In this document: positions 25,678 to 42,901 of the stretch, one piece after another | Numbering within the stretch: position 1 is the first letter of the stretch | Layout of the letters: every line of letters starts with the position of its first letter | Assembly (NCBI GenBank): GCA_014238225.1 | Contig: JABABL010000004.1 | Span: forward strand, 1 to 62,538 | From: Mycoplasmatales bacterium | Lineage (GTDB): Bacteria; Bacillota_I; Bacilli_A; Mycoplasmatales; JABAAY01 | DNA: 62,538 nucleotides | Direction: 5' to 3' | Notes under the pieces: model-generated | Seen by the model: only the letters and a program-made list of their open reading frames with translations | Database searches by the model: none | What the model was told of the DNA's origin: nothing | Translations under genes and position numbers: made by a program

Positions 25678-26413
25678 TTTTAAATCGAAAAAGATTATTA
25701 AAATTATTAAACATAATTTTAATAATCTTTCCAAAACTCGCAAATGTAACATATACAAATACATTTTCTCTTACTACAGAGAAAATACTAATCTATTGTC
25801 TTTTAAAATGTTTATCTCCGTTTTAGCTAATAATACAAACATAAATCATAAAGATATGGGAAACATCCTGACTGATGCATTGTTATTAATAGTGAGTTTA
25901 AGAAATGTTTCAGATAGTGAAAATACAATTAAAAAGAGTAAAAATTTCATAAAAAGGCAAAAAGCAATGTATGCATTTTTTCAAAAAAATATTAGCATCA
26001 TTGTGCAAGATAAGGAGATTGTTAAATCTTTCAATGAAATTAATATTTTATCTAATTCTGGTTTAAGTAACACTTATGCACCAAAAATAAAATTAAGACA
26101 AGCAAATTCCTTAATTCCCTTCATTAAGGAGGCTCTTTTTTTAAAGCAAATTGCAATGAAATTTAATTGTTCTCGTGTACAAAGAGAAACAATTTTTTAC
26201 TTAGCCCTTGCGCTGGGAGTTTCTTTTGACTATAAATTTTTTGCATTCGAACCCAAAAAATACTTTGGAATATTGCGGGATGAATCACCTTTAGAAATAC
26301 ACAACTTTTATAAAAAGTACTTACTAAAAGGATTAAACACATACGAGTCAAATACCGAACATGAAAACTTTAAAGAAATGCTAAAGATTATTAAAAGAAA
26401 CACTTTATTATAA
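25667..26413 (+). CDS. Hypothetical protein; probable degenerate IspA-like prenyltransferase fold
   Basis: Occupies the ispA slot between nusB and dxs; GNILTDALL and YLALALGVSFD echo AILAGDALL and LGLAFQI, but no DDxxD. Confidence 0.45.
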   Translation: MKNSFKSKKIIKIIKHNFNNLSKTRKCNIYKYIFSYYRENTNLLSFKMFISVLANNTNINHKDMGNILTDALLLIVSLRNVSDSENTIKKSKNFIKRQKAMYAFFQKNISIIVQDKEIVKSFNEINILSNSGLSNTYAPKIKLRQANSLIPFIKEALFLKQIAMKFNCSRVQRETIFYLALALGVSFDYKFFAFEPKKYFGILRDESPLEIHNFYKKYLLKGLNTYESNTEHENFKEMLKIIKRNTLL

Positions 26414-26417
26414 AAGT

Positions 26418-28286
26418 ATGAAAATTGAAGAAATAAAAGATCCAACTTTCCTGAATAATTACGATGTAAAAAAAATGGAAACACTTTCCAAAGACATTAG
26501 ACAATTCCTTATTGAAAAAATTACAAAATACGGTGGTCATTTAAGTAGCAACTTAGGAGTGGTAGAATTAACTATTGCCATTCATTTTGTTTTTGATTTT
26601 TCAAAAGACAAACTTGTTTTTGATATCGGTCATCAGTCTTATGTCCACAAAATTTTAACCGGGAGAGGAAAAGATTTTCACACACTACGACAATTAAATG
26701 GACTTAGCGGCTTTCAATCTCTAAAAGAAAGTGAATATGACCATTCTGAAGCAGGACATGCAGGAACCAGTATTGGAATAGGAATGGGCTTGGCATACTC
26801 AAGTAACGTTAACAATATAAGAAATAATGTGATTTCTATCATTGGCGATGCTAGTATTACTAATGGTGTAGCATTGGAATCGTTGAATGATTTAGGTCAT
26901 AGAAATCACAAGTTAATAATTGTGTTGAACGATAATGAAATGAGCATATCTCAAAATATTGGTTCATTACAACAGTTTTTAGGACAGTTAAAAACAAAAG
27001 ATACTTTAAGAAAAAATTACGAAAAATATTCTAAATTGGATAAGGCAGAATTAATTCCTGCATTAAACATTTTAGGGAAAGCAATTTTTAATCCTGTGAA
27101 GAAAAATTTTGCGCCACAAAATTTATTTGAAAATTTAGGATTAGAATACATGGGTCCAGTAAGTGGGCATAATATAGGTGACTTGATTTATGCGCTAAAT
27201 AAAGCGAAAGAAACCACTAGGCCTATTGTTTTACATGTTAAAACTGTTAAGGGAAAAGGTCTAAAAGACGCAGAACTTGATAAAGATGGAAAATTTCATG
27301 GTTTAGCTAAGAAGAATGTTTCGCTTGGAAATTTACTATATAAAAAATCATGGAGTGAGATTATTGCTTTCATTGTTTATAAAAAAATGAAAAACAATTC
27401 AAAAATCACTGTTATAACCCCCGCTATGAAATCCGGTAGTAAACTTGAAAAAATATTCTCAGATTTCCCAAAACGATCTATTGATTCTGGTATAGCTGAA
27501 TCTCATGCAGTTTTAACAGCAGTAGGGTTGTCCTTAGGAAAAGCCAGACCTTTTGTCTCAATATACAGTACTTTTTTACAAAGAGCTTTTGATCAGATTA
27601 TTCACGATGTGGCAAAAATGGAGCAACCTTTAATTTTCGGTGTGGATAGATGTGGAATTATTGGAGAAGACGGAGCTTCTCACCAAGGACTCTTTGATCT
27701 TCCGTTTTTGCTTAACATTCCCAACATTGTGGTTATAACTCCAAATAATCAAGAGAAGGCTGAGGAAGCCTTTAATTATGCTTTTGCACAAAAAGCAAAA
27801 GCCGTTTTCATTAGATATTCAAAAAATAAAATTTTCTTTAATTCTGATTTTTCTACTTCAAATAAACTAGAAATCGGAAAATGAGAGAAGGATGCTTGGG
27901 ATAGTAAAAACAACAGTTGTATTATTTCTTATGGTGATTTTTTTGATGATATCAAGGAATACTTGAAAAAAAACGACAAAAAAATTAATTTAATAAACGC
28001 TCTTTTTCAAAAACCTATTGATAAAAAGATGATGTTAGAAATAGCTAAAATGAAGTATATTTTAGTATACGAGGAGTCTTATATAGAAGGAGGTTTGGCA
28101 AGTAAAATGCTAAACTTTTTTAATGAGTTGCGTCTTGAAAATATGCCTAAAATTTTAGTAAGAGGGATAAAAGGAGATTTTATTCAACACGGAGTAAAAA
28201 ATGAAGTCATGTTGTTAAATAAATTATCACCCGAACAAGTGTTCAATGAATTTAAATCTTTTATTGATTTAGATGAAACAAGATAA
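26418..28286 (+). CDS. dxs: 1-deoxy-D-xylulose-5-phosphate synthase
   Basis: GGHLSSNLGVVELT, DIGHQSYVHK, GDAS..G...ESLND, GIAESHA, YSTFLQRAFDQ, DGASHQG. Confidence 0.96.
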
Positions 28287-29364
28287 AAAAGTTATTTTGC
28301 ATATAGATTTAGATAGTTATTTTACTTCCGTGGAGGAGTTATACGATTCTAGTTTAAAAAACATTCCTGTGATTATTGGCGGTCACACAACGAGATCTGT
28401 TGTGAGTTCTCCTAATTATATTGCAAGAAAATACAAAATTCATGCTGGTATGCCGGTTTTTAAGGCCCAACGTCTTTGCCCGAATGTTAAAGTTTTAAAT
28501 TCCAATCATGCTCTATATTTAAAACACTCGAAACAAATTGAAAACATACTAAAAGAAAAATACACACATAACTTGGTGTCAAGTTCAATTGACGAGTGAT
28601 ATTTAGATGCTACGGATATATGAAATGAATATAAATCGGTTACAGGTATAGCAAAATCAATACAAAGTGAAATATTGGATAAAACGAAACTAAAAATAAG
28701 TATTGGTTGCTCATACACTTTGTTTTTAGCAAAAATGGCAACAGGAATTAATAAACCTTTTGGAATTACTGTAATTTCTAATAAAGACGATATGGGAAAA
28801 ATATTCTCTCTGCCTATAGAGAAAATGCACGGTGTTGGTAAAACAAAAATAGAAAAATTGCAAGAGTTAAATATATTCATAATAAAAGACTTTCTTTATT
28901 TTCCGAATCAAAAAAAGCTTTTTAGTATGTTTGGAATAAATTATTTTTATTTTATTAATGCGCTGCAAGGGAAAACAGAAAATTCAATTAAGTCGCTAAC
29001 AAACAGATCATCAAAAAGCATTGGCAGTAGCAGCACTTTAGTGGCGGATTCAGATGATTATAGAGAAATAAAAAACGTACTGATGTCTCTTGTAAAAACT
29101 GTTAGTAGAAGATGCAAAGAGGAAAAGGTTTGTGGAAACGTTATTCACTGTAACATACGTTATGCAAATTGAAAAAACGTTTCCAAACAAGTGAAGTTAG
29201 ATTATTTTGTAAACAGTGAGGCAGATATTTTTCAGCACGTTATTACTCTTTTTGAAGATATCTATAACCATAATAGTGTTAGATTAGTAGGAATATCCGT
29301 GGATAATTTAATAATGAATTCAAATTATAAGAAACAGTTGTCTTGAGATTTTTCTAATATTTAG
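28273..29364 (+). CDS. dinB: DNA polymerase IV (Y family)
   Basis: HIDLDSYFTSVE, NYIARKY, SSIDEWY, LAKMA, HGVG, VRLVGI, C-terminal clamp-like KQLSW. Confidence 0.93.
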
Positions 29365-29407
29365 TATTCTTAACAACAAGGTGTGAAAGAAGTATTTTTT
29401 TTAGAAT

Positions 29408-29416
29408 TGGTATAAT
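29408..29416 (+). promoter_or_regulatory. Extended -10 promoter (TGgTATAAT) for the ABC operon
   Basis: TG-n-TATAAT at 29408-29416, upstream of ATG 29421/29430. Confidence 0.55.
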
Positions 29417-29420
29417 TACT

Positions 29421-30410
29421 ATGTACTATATGAAAACAACTGCAGTTTATCCTTCTAAAAACTTAAAAGTGTCACCTTTATTGAAGGTTGAACCAAAACA
29501 CGAAGCAGTAATAGAAGTAAAAAATTTAAGTAAAAAATTTGGTAAAAAAAACGTTTTAAAAAATGTATCGTTTTCGGTTTATCCTGGCACTATACATGGT
29601 TTTATTGGAAAGAATGGCGCAGGAAAAACAACAACTATAAAATCCATCATTGGTGGTTATTTGGTTGAATCTGGACAAATAACAGTGTGCGGCGCTGCAG
29701 CAGGAACTAAGGAAGCGAAAAAGCAAATTTCCTATATTCCTGAAAACACAAGATTCCCATCCAATCAAACTGTACAAAGCTATTTATATTACATGGCAAG
29801 AATATCTGGTTATTGTAGAAAGGATTCAAAAGCAGTAATTGACTTATACTACAAAGAAAATTTTATGAATTTAGCTCCGTTTTGAAAGGAAAACCCGGAA
29901 AAACTTTCTAGTGGCGAAAAGAAAAAAATATTTTTAATTCAATCTCTATTAATAACACCCAAAGTGTTGGTAATGGATGAACCTACCGCAAATTTAGATC
30001 CCGATGCTCGTTCTGATTTTTTTACCATTCTGAAAAAAATTAGATCACTGGGGGTGTCGGTTTTTATTTCATCACACATCTTGTTTGAATTAAATCAAAT
30101 AGTGGATAATATCACGGTTTTAAAAAATGGAGAGGTACTCTTTACAGGCAGTGTAAAGAAAATCAAAGACTCTCACAATAAATATGAGATTAGTTCTGAT
30201 AGTTCACAAAAGTTAACTAAAATTATTCCAAAAAAACTTAAAGCAACGCTAAAAAATCACGAAACTGTAGTGGTTTCTATAAAGAACAAAGAGGATATTG
30301 TGTTCATTCAAAATCTTGCAAGGGAAAACGAAATTACTATTTTCGAATTCTACAAACAACATCTTGATTTAAACACGATTTATCACAATCTAGATAAAAC
30401 TAAATCATAA
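29421..30410 (+). CDS. ABC transporter ATP-binding protein (ABC-2/drug-export type)
   Basis: GKNGAGKTT, LSSGEKKK, VMDEPTANLD, SSH. Confidence 0.93.
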
Positions 30411-32158
30411 TGCCAAAAAAAAACGAAAAAACACAAACATCTCTCGAAACAATTTTGAACGAAGAAATTAGTGAAATAACAACTCAATTAGATTCTTTTA
30501 CAAAACAAAATTGAAATCTGGCTATTTTTATTTTTTCTTTTAAATCCTTTCTAAAGTCAAAACTTTCCGCTGGTATAATTTTGATGGGTGCTTTTATTAG
30601 TTTTGGATTGACACTTATATATGCCATTACTTCAAGAGGATCATTGGATAATTTCACTAACTCTTATTTCCCATTATTAATTGCTGTATTGTTAACTTTT
30701 TATTCTTTCGCATTCACATTTGTGTTTGTTGCTGGACGGGTCGTACAAACATTTACAAAAGAGATAGAAATAGGTATTATGCTCGTTATTCTTTCCAAAC
30801 CCGTTACCAAAAGAAACATTTTTTTCCAAAAATACTTCGGATTACTTGCCTCTATAGTCGTGTTCGCGTTAGTGTTAATGATAGCATCTTATCTTTCAAT
30901 TTGATTGGGAATAGTATTGGGAGCTTTATTGAGTTCTTCTAGTGGTGGTGTAACAATATTAAATCAAGTAAATGTAATGACTCAAATTTTATCGAGAGAG
31001 TGAAATATAGTTCAAGCAGTAAGCGCATTGGTTTTTTTATCCGCATTGTTTTTAATTTTTTTCATGACCGTTCTATCTGGTGTTTCAATTTTCATATCTT
31101 TATATTTTAATACCATAGTGTCCACCCTTATTATAGTTGGCGCTGGATTAATAGGTTTTTTCAGTGGTTCGCTGCTTCCAGCGATTATAAATATTACCAC
31201 TCTCACAGCTACCACAAATACAACCCTTGCTGAGTTGTTTCCTACAACAAATTCAGGAGGGACGCGTTACGAGGGCTTTGTTTATAATGGTGATTCTTCA
31301 AATGCCACACTAGAACAAATAGAAGCGGAAGGCTCTGAATCTAACCTAAACAATATTGTAGAAGCAATTCCTGGAACCATTCTTACATCGCGCAGTCGAG
31401 GTCCTTTTGTAGATATGCTGAGACAATCCTTGACTCCTAATGCCCAATATTCAAATGATTATTACTATACAGGATTGTTAAATGTAAACCCACTTGCTGG
31501 TGGTAGTTCAGGCTTTGATACACTGCCTGCTGGTTTTAATACCTTGATACCTGACATTGATACTCTAAATCTTAGTGCATTTCCTTTTTTAACTTCAAAT
31601 CAAAATTTATATATAGGAACAAGCAGTATATTGGGTACAACAAAACAGCTACCTTCATCAACCAATCCTTTTTTAATTAGGGCGTTACCGATTTTTGTTG
31701 AAAGTTTTGTTGAGAGTTACAATAGGACATCCATTGCTAATTATTTTGCTTCTCTTTTTAATGTTGCTTATCATGTAAATTCAATGTTGGGTGAAACAAT
31801 TTTGACAAACACTCCTATTATTGTTAATTCATTTATAAATTCTGAACAAAGTATCACTAACCAAAATTTTGGGTTTAATTTAGACTTTAGAATATACATT
31901 ACATCTTTTTCTTACTTAGGAGACATGAACGTATTTTCTTATGAAACATCTGCCGGCACAGGTGATTTAAGGCCAACACAATCAGAAGATGGTGTTTTAC
32001 AATACGGCCAGTATACTAATATACAATTTCCTATATACGTAGCAAATAATCCGCAAGAACTTTACCCTGTTGGTTCTATCTTCGGTGCTTATGGTATTGT
32101 AGGAATAGGGTCTTTGGTGACCTCTTATTGAGTATTTAAAAGAAAGGCGTTGACTTAA
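30410..32158 (+). CDS. ABC-2 type permease with a ~295-aa extracellular loop
   Basis: TAATG coupling to the ATPase; KEIEIGIMLVILSKPV..R...FFQK motif; about 6 TM; ends WVFKRKALT. Confidence 0.85.
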
Positions 32159-32159
32159 A

Positions 32160-32864
32160 ATGGCGAAACTAAAAATTAGCAGATCAAAACTGGAACTGTT
32201 TATTAATTGTAGGAGGTGTTTTTACATGGATGTTGTTTTAAAAATTAAAAGACCTCGTACGCCTCCTTTTTCTATTAATAATGCTATTGATGTCATCCTT
32301 AGAAGAGAAATGGATTTTTATCGAAATAAAATTAATGGAGAACATCCTTATTTAAAAGCGACAAAAGATAATTTAAATTTAAAACCTTTTCTTCATCCAG
32401 ATATAAATAACTGAAGGGAAGGTTATGTAGGTATTGTTTATCATGATGAAAATAGTGATATAACTTTACACGGAGTGGTTGATGAACTGTTGGAAAACGG
32501 AAACAATGAAGTTGTGGTCGTTGATTATAAAGCAACGGCAAGGAATAAACCAGTGAAGGAGTTGGAAAGTTCCGGATGAACCGACTCATATCGCAGACAA
32601 TTGGACGTTTATGTTTGATTATTTAAACAAAATGGCTTCAAAACAAGTGATGTGGCATATTTTTGATATTGTACTGGTAACCGTAATCAAATGCATTTTT
32701 CTCATAAACTAGAATTTTTTGAACACTTCATCCCCTACAAGACCAATACTGATTGGATTAAAGAAGAATTGATTAAGGTAAGAGAAACTGTTGAAGATAA
32801 TCTCCCACCATATAATTTAAAATGTGATTATTGTATGTATAATAAAAAACAGGAGAACATTTAA
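32160..32864 (+). CDS. PD-(D/E)XK nuclease (RecB/Cas4-like) with N- and C-terminal CxxC
   Basis: SRSKLELFINCRRCFY, GVVDEL, VVDYKAT, QLDVY, KCDYC; 234 aa in code 4. Confidence 0.85.
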
Positions 32865-32867
32865 AAT

Positions 32868-33212
32868 ATGAAAGATATAACAAAGTCAGATTTACTGAAC
32901 AACATTTACACAAACCCAATGGTATTGGTACAGTGATACGAACCATGATGCACTTTTTGCATGGGCATGGAAGAAACAACTCAAGCATTATATAAAAAGT
33001 TTGGAAAAGATGTTGTATTCCTGCGAATAAGCCCAGATAAGACCAAAACTTGAGAAGAAGATGTTGACATACAGGCAGAGAAGTTTTTTTGCAAAGTTAC
33101 CCCAACATATATAATTTTTGAAGAAGGCACACCAATTTATCGAAATCAGGCTCGAATTCCCTATGAAGAAATGGAACGAGTTTTGGTGAATTTAGTCAAA
33201 AGACATACTTAG
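32868..33212 (+). CDS. Thioredoxin-family protein (WCTFC)
   Basis: Manual translation: VLVQWYEPWCTFC...KVTPTYIIFEEG; AGGAG upstream; missed by the ORF track. Confidence 0.85.
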
Positions 33213-33896
33213 CTCTGAACTAATTTTATCTATAAAAAAACAATTCTTCTTCTGAAGTGTTTTTATTCTTTTGAGGAATTGTTTGCTTTCTGGAGTTTCT
33301 TCGTAAACTGAATCACTTACAACTTTAATACTGCAAACCCTTTTATTAAGAAAAAATGCTGCTTGCAGAATGCCATTTAATTCCATATCAATTATTTGAT
33401 ACTTCATGTTGTTGTCGTGAATTTTAGGGTTAGGTGCGAATAAATCAGCAGTACCGCAGGAAACATTATTCTTAACTTTTTCATTTTCAAAAATAATTGT
33501 ATTTATAATATTTGATAATTTTACATCTGTGCGAAAACAATATGGTAAATCTGGAATTTCACCTCTTTTATAATTAAATTTTGTTAAATCAACATCGTAT
33601 TGAAAGGATTGTTCCACCAAACAAACATCATTGGAATTTATGCTGGGTGAAACGCTACCACACAACCCTATGTTGATAACGTATTCTGGATCAATGAATT
33701 CATTAAAAATGATAAATCCTGTCGCTGCATTAACTTTACCTATTCCCGTTATTCCTATGAAAACATTATTATTATTGTAAAAAATTTTTCTTTTAACTTC
33801 GCTTTTTACATATTGAGGATTCTCAACTATACTTGCAATTTCCTCTTCTGAAGCTACCAAGAAAAGTATTTTATTTTTATATTCTGTAGTACTCAA
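33192..33896 (-). CDS. mtnN: 5'-methylthioadenosine/S-adenosylhomocysteine nucleosidase
   Basis: GIGKVNAA, INIGLCG, QYDVD, DME, KVVSD. Confidence 0.9.
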   Translation of the reverse strand: MSTTEYKNKILFLVASEEEIASIVENPQYVKSEVKRKIFYNNNNVFIGITGIGKVNAATGFIIFNEFIDPEYVINIGLCGSVSPSINSNDVCLVEQSFQYDVDLTKFNYKRGEIPDLPYCFRTDVKLSNIINTIIFENEKVKNNVSCGTADLFAPNPKIHDNNMKYQIIDMELNGILQAAFFLNKRVCSIKVVSDSVYEETPESKQFLKRIKTLQKKNCFFIDKISSELSMSFD

Positions 33897-34983
33897 ACAT
33901 TTCCCTTTGGTTTTTTGATAATTCTATTTTTTTATCTTCAAAATATTTTTTGGAGGATTTTAATACTGCTAAAAAACCTATCTCTATATTTTTATTCACT
34001 AATTTTCTTAGAAACCTTATGTCTTTGTATTTTCGCCCTTTGTTAATTTTGTCAGCGATATATAGAACTTTCTCGTATGTACTCATATTTTTTTTACCAG
34101 TTGTATGACAAGAAATACTATTTAAAACATCTTTGTTATCCTCTGTATAAGTTCTTTTGATGAAATCCGCGCTTGCATATTGATGAAGAATAGGAAAGGG
34201 TAAGTTTTTGTAAGAGAACAAGTATTCAGACATGTATTTTTTGGTTTTTTTTATTCCCCATTCTTTACTAATATCGTGAAAATATGCGCTTCTTTTGCAA
34301 GCATCCACATCTAAACTATTCTTAATTGCTAATGTAGTTATATAATAAACAACATCTTTTGTGTGTTTTAATCTGGATGCGGAAACATATTCTTTTATGA
34401 TTGATTCACTAAAAGCATTTTTTTTAAAAAATAATTTTCAAGATTCCAAAGGAAGATTATTCTTTCAACTTCCCCTACGAATCATTGTGCTAGAAATATT
34501 AGAAATTTTACAATTCATTATTTCAACATTTGATTTTTTATCATCAATACTTTTATTAGTTTTTTTATATTGAGTTCTTGGAAGGACTAGTAAGTCGGAT
34601 TGTCTTAGAATGTTTTTATAAAAGATTCATTTGTGGAAATCAACAAACTGATCCCCACCTATAATTAATACAAGATTGTCGCCAGGATATTCTTTTTTAT
34701 AATTCTCAATGACTTTGTGTGTAAGTGTTATGGATTTTTTAAATAAATACTTTGTATCAATTTCAATTTTATCTTTATATGCACTTTCCTCCAACATTAT
34801 TTTTATACCTTCCAAGCGCAGTTCTCTTGGTGCATAAGTATAATTAAATTTTTTAAAGGGACTCTCGTTGTCCGGAACAATGATCATTTTGTCTATTTTC
34901 TTCTCAAAAAAAACTTTTTCAATCATCTCTAAATGTCCGTAATGCATGGGGTTAAAACCACCACCGAATATTCCTATATTCAT
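33877..34983 (-). CDS. nadD: Fused nicotinate-nucleotide adenylyltransferase / HD-domain (YqeK-like) protein
   Basis: GGGFNPMHYGH, IIGGD, ISSTMIR, then RLKH...HDISK...HTTG...ADK in one code-4 frame. Confidence 0.9.
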
Positions 34984-35571
34984 TTAAAGTAAAATATCCT
35001 CCTGTTCGAATTTTTCTATTACGCTATAGTTATCCCTAATTAATAAATTATTTTTTTCTAGATTGGCATATATTTTATTTTCTAAAACTGAGCGTAGGAA
35101 CTTTTTGTTTCCCTTCAATACTCTTATTATGGGATTTACTAAAATGCTATCTATGTGAAGTCTATTAGCTACTCAAATATCTGTTAGAACTTGATTACCC
35201 ATGAAAACCGCTTCTCTTTTTGATACATTAAAATCTTTTAATACTTTTTTAACAGTGCCCAAGAAAGGTTTTTTAGAATTTCCATATTTCCCATCAACAT
35301 TCACTTGTTTGCAGAAAAAATTAACTTTATTCTTAGTATTGTTGGAAACAATAACAAACTTCATATCTAATTCTTGTACTTTTTGAATAAATATTTTTAC
35401 ATCAGGAGTAGGAATTTTTTTATATGGAGAAATCAAAGTATTATCCAAATCAGAAATAAATAACTTTATCCCGTTTCTTTTCAATAATAAAAGATTGACA
35501 TCAGTAAAATGTCTAACATGTAAGCTAGGTCTAAAATAATTTAATATAAAATTCAGCGGGTTGACTGTCAA
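34984..35571 (-). CDS. yqeG: HAD-IIIA phosphatase, YqeG family
   Basis: DLDNTL, VSNN, KKP, GNQVLTDIW. Confidence 0.85.
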
Positions 35572-35573
35572 TA

Positions 35574-40263
<4,690 letters not shown>

Positions 40264-40269
40264 GTTTTT

Positions 40270-40974
40270 ATGGGTAGTTTATTTATCTTATCAAGCTTTA
40301 TTTTTTTATTAGTAGGATACGCAATAGGAAATCCCAACTATAGTATTTTAATTAGCAGCATTTTCTTCAAAAAAAACATTAGAGAATACAAATCGGGTAA
40401 TCCAGGAGCAACAAATGCAACGAGAATGTTGGGAAAAAAAATTGGATTTTTAATATTAATTCTTGATATTTTAAAACCAGTTGTTGCCGTGGCAATTTGT
40501 CTTGTTATTAGTTTGTATTCTCCCATATCATGATTTAATGATGGGAATATTTTTGTTGCCGGTTTTGGAGCATTGTTAGGACATTGTTTCCCAATTATTC
40601 ATAAATTAAAGGGTGGAAAAGGTGTGGCTTGTTTTTTGGGTTTTGCTTTGATTATCAATCCCGCATTATTTGGAATTTTTATAATTTTCTTTTTTATTTT
40701 CGTGAGAACCACTAAATATGTTTCGGTGTCTAGTGTGATTTCTGTATTCATAGTTTTTATAGTCAGTTGAATACCTGGTTTAAGGCAAGTTTTTTATGGA
40801 TTAACTTTAACAGAACGAGGAGAACAAGAAATCTTTAATCCTTTCTGATTTACTAGTTTGTTGTTGTTGTTTAGTTTTGGAATTATTGCTCTAAAACATT
40901 ATCCAAATTTCAAAAAATTATGATTAAAAGAAGAAAATAAAGTCAGTTTTTCTGGTAAGCACACAAAGCAATAA
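40270..40974 (+). CDS. plsY: Acyl-phosphate:glycerol-3-phosphate acyltransferase
   Basis: SGNPGATNATR, DILK, GHCFP...KGGKGVA, YVSVSS, KHYPN. Confidence 0.95.
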
Positions 40975-40979
40975 CATCA

Positions 40980-41204
40980 TTATTTTTTATGCTTTTGAAC
41001 GCTACGCATTACATTTTTAATTTGAGATTCGCTTGGTTTTCTACCCATCGAAGTGTATAGTGCCCTAATCATTGCGGGGTTAATAGGAGGATTTTTTTCC
41101 ATTTGTTTTTCAAATATCTTTTTAACAATAAAAAATGTCGCTACAGCAGTAATAATTACTGCGAGAACTGCGGCAATTATAATTCATCAAAATGGTATCT
41201 CCAT
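40980..41204 (-). CDS. YneF (UPF0154) family protein
   Basis: N-terminal TM, then KNPPINPAMIRALYTSMGRKPSESQI. Confidence 0.9.
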
Positions 41205-42901
41205 TATTTCTCCGTTTCTTCTTTGGTTTCATGTTTTAGTATACCAAGTTCTTTCAAATATTGGGAGTTTACTGAAGAAGGGCTATTTGTAAGCGGGCAA
41301 ATTCCTGCAGAGTTTTTGGGGAATGCAATAACATCTTTAATACTTTTATTATTAGTCATAATCATTATTAATCTATCCAATCCAAGCCCTATACCTTGAT
41401 GAGGAGGTGTGCCATATTTAAATGCTTCTAGAAAAAATCCAAAATTTTGGTCTATTTCTCTTTGTTCATACTTTAAAATTTCAAAAACTCTTCTTTGCTG
41501 CTCGCCATCTATTATTCTCTCTGAGCCACTTCCTAATTCATATCCATTCAAAATTAAGTCATAGTGAGTACCAAAAATTTCTTCGGGATTTTTAGTGTAT
41601 AAGTCTTCATAATTTATAGGTTTTGTGAAAGGATGGTGAGAAGATTCTAATTGGTTTTCTTTATTTTTTTCAAATAAGGGAAAATTATCGACTCAAGTAA
41701 ATTTGTATTCAGGAACTTCTTCACAAAATAATAATATGTATCGCGTCCTAATTTCGCCTAAACACGCTCTGACTTCTTTTTCCGTACCTTTTGCCACAAA
41801 ACGAAATCTATTCGTGTTATTCTTGTTTTCGAGGGGTAAAATCGAGTATTTTTCACTAATTAATTCTTTCTTGTTTGTTTGAAAACTTGCAAGATTATAG
41901 GAATTAATTATCTTATGAAAAACACTAATCTGCTCTCCTTTCAGGTCAACGTTTTCAAAATCGATGCTTTTTACAAAACACAAATTGCTAGTTCTATCTA
42001 AATCGACTATTTGATAGTCGTACCGCAAATCCGCTTTATCACTGCCATATTTTGACATCATAGTAGAATAATCTATACGATTAAAGCTGACACTTCAATC
42101 TGGATTACAGCTCATTTTGGAAATTATTTTCATCAATTCTTCTAGAAAATTTTGAAATTCTTCGACATCGCAAAAAGAATTTTCAATGTCTAATTGAGTG
42201 AATTCTAACTGACGATCAGCTCTTAAATCCTCATCTCTAAAGGTCTTGCATATTTGAAAGTATTTTTCAATTCCCGATATCATTAATAACTGTTTGAAAA
42301 GTTGTGGTGATTGCGGTAGTGAATAAAATTTATTTAAATAATTTCTAGAGGGTACAATGAAGTCTCTAGCCCCCTCAGGCGTAGAACTATTCAAAATAGG
42401 GGTTTCGATTTCTAGATAACCATTACTTTGAAAATAATTTCTGATTGTATTAGTGATTGCATTCCTTATTCTTAAATTTGATAACATCTGTTCTCTTCGG
42501 ATATCCAAATAACGATATTTCATTCTTGTAGATTCTGAAGACTCATGAATAGAGCATACTTCCATCGGAAGTTCTTTACTAATGGAAATTATATTCATTT
42601 TTTCAGCTAACAATTCAAAATTACCAGTGTCTAGCTTGGGATTGACTGTTTTTCTACACACCACATCACCTGTAAATTGAACAATAGATTCGGATGTTAT
42701 TCTCTTTGCTTTTTCATACAATGAACTATTCTTTGCGAAAACAACTATTTGCAAAAGTCCTGTTCAATCTCTTAGATCAATAAAAATCATCTTAGATAGG
42801 ATCCTTATTTTTTGTACTCATCCAACCACTATTGTGTTATTTTTTGTTTCTTTTATTGCGCCACAATACACATTGCGATATTCGTACTTAGTTTTGTTCA
42901 T
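41204..42901 (-). CDS. aspS: Aspartate--tRNA ligase
   Basis: FIDLRD, RYLDIR, STPEGARDF, LPQSPQLFKQ, FRDEDLRADRQ, PPHQGIGLGLDR. Confidence 0.96.

Noticed and set aside
32160-32864. Cas4-like gene as sign of a CRISPR-Cas locus
   Set aside because: No repeat-spacer array or other cas gene seen in the window.
33877-34983. NadD-YqeK fusion as a novelty
   Set aside because: The genes are adjacent in Bacilli and the fusion is commonly seen in Mollicutes.
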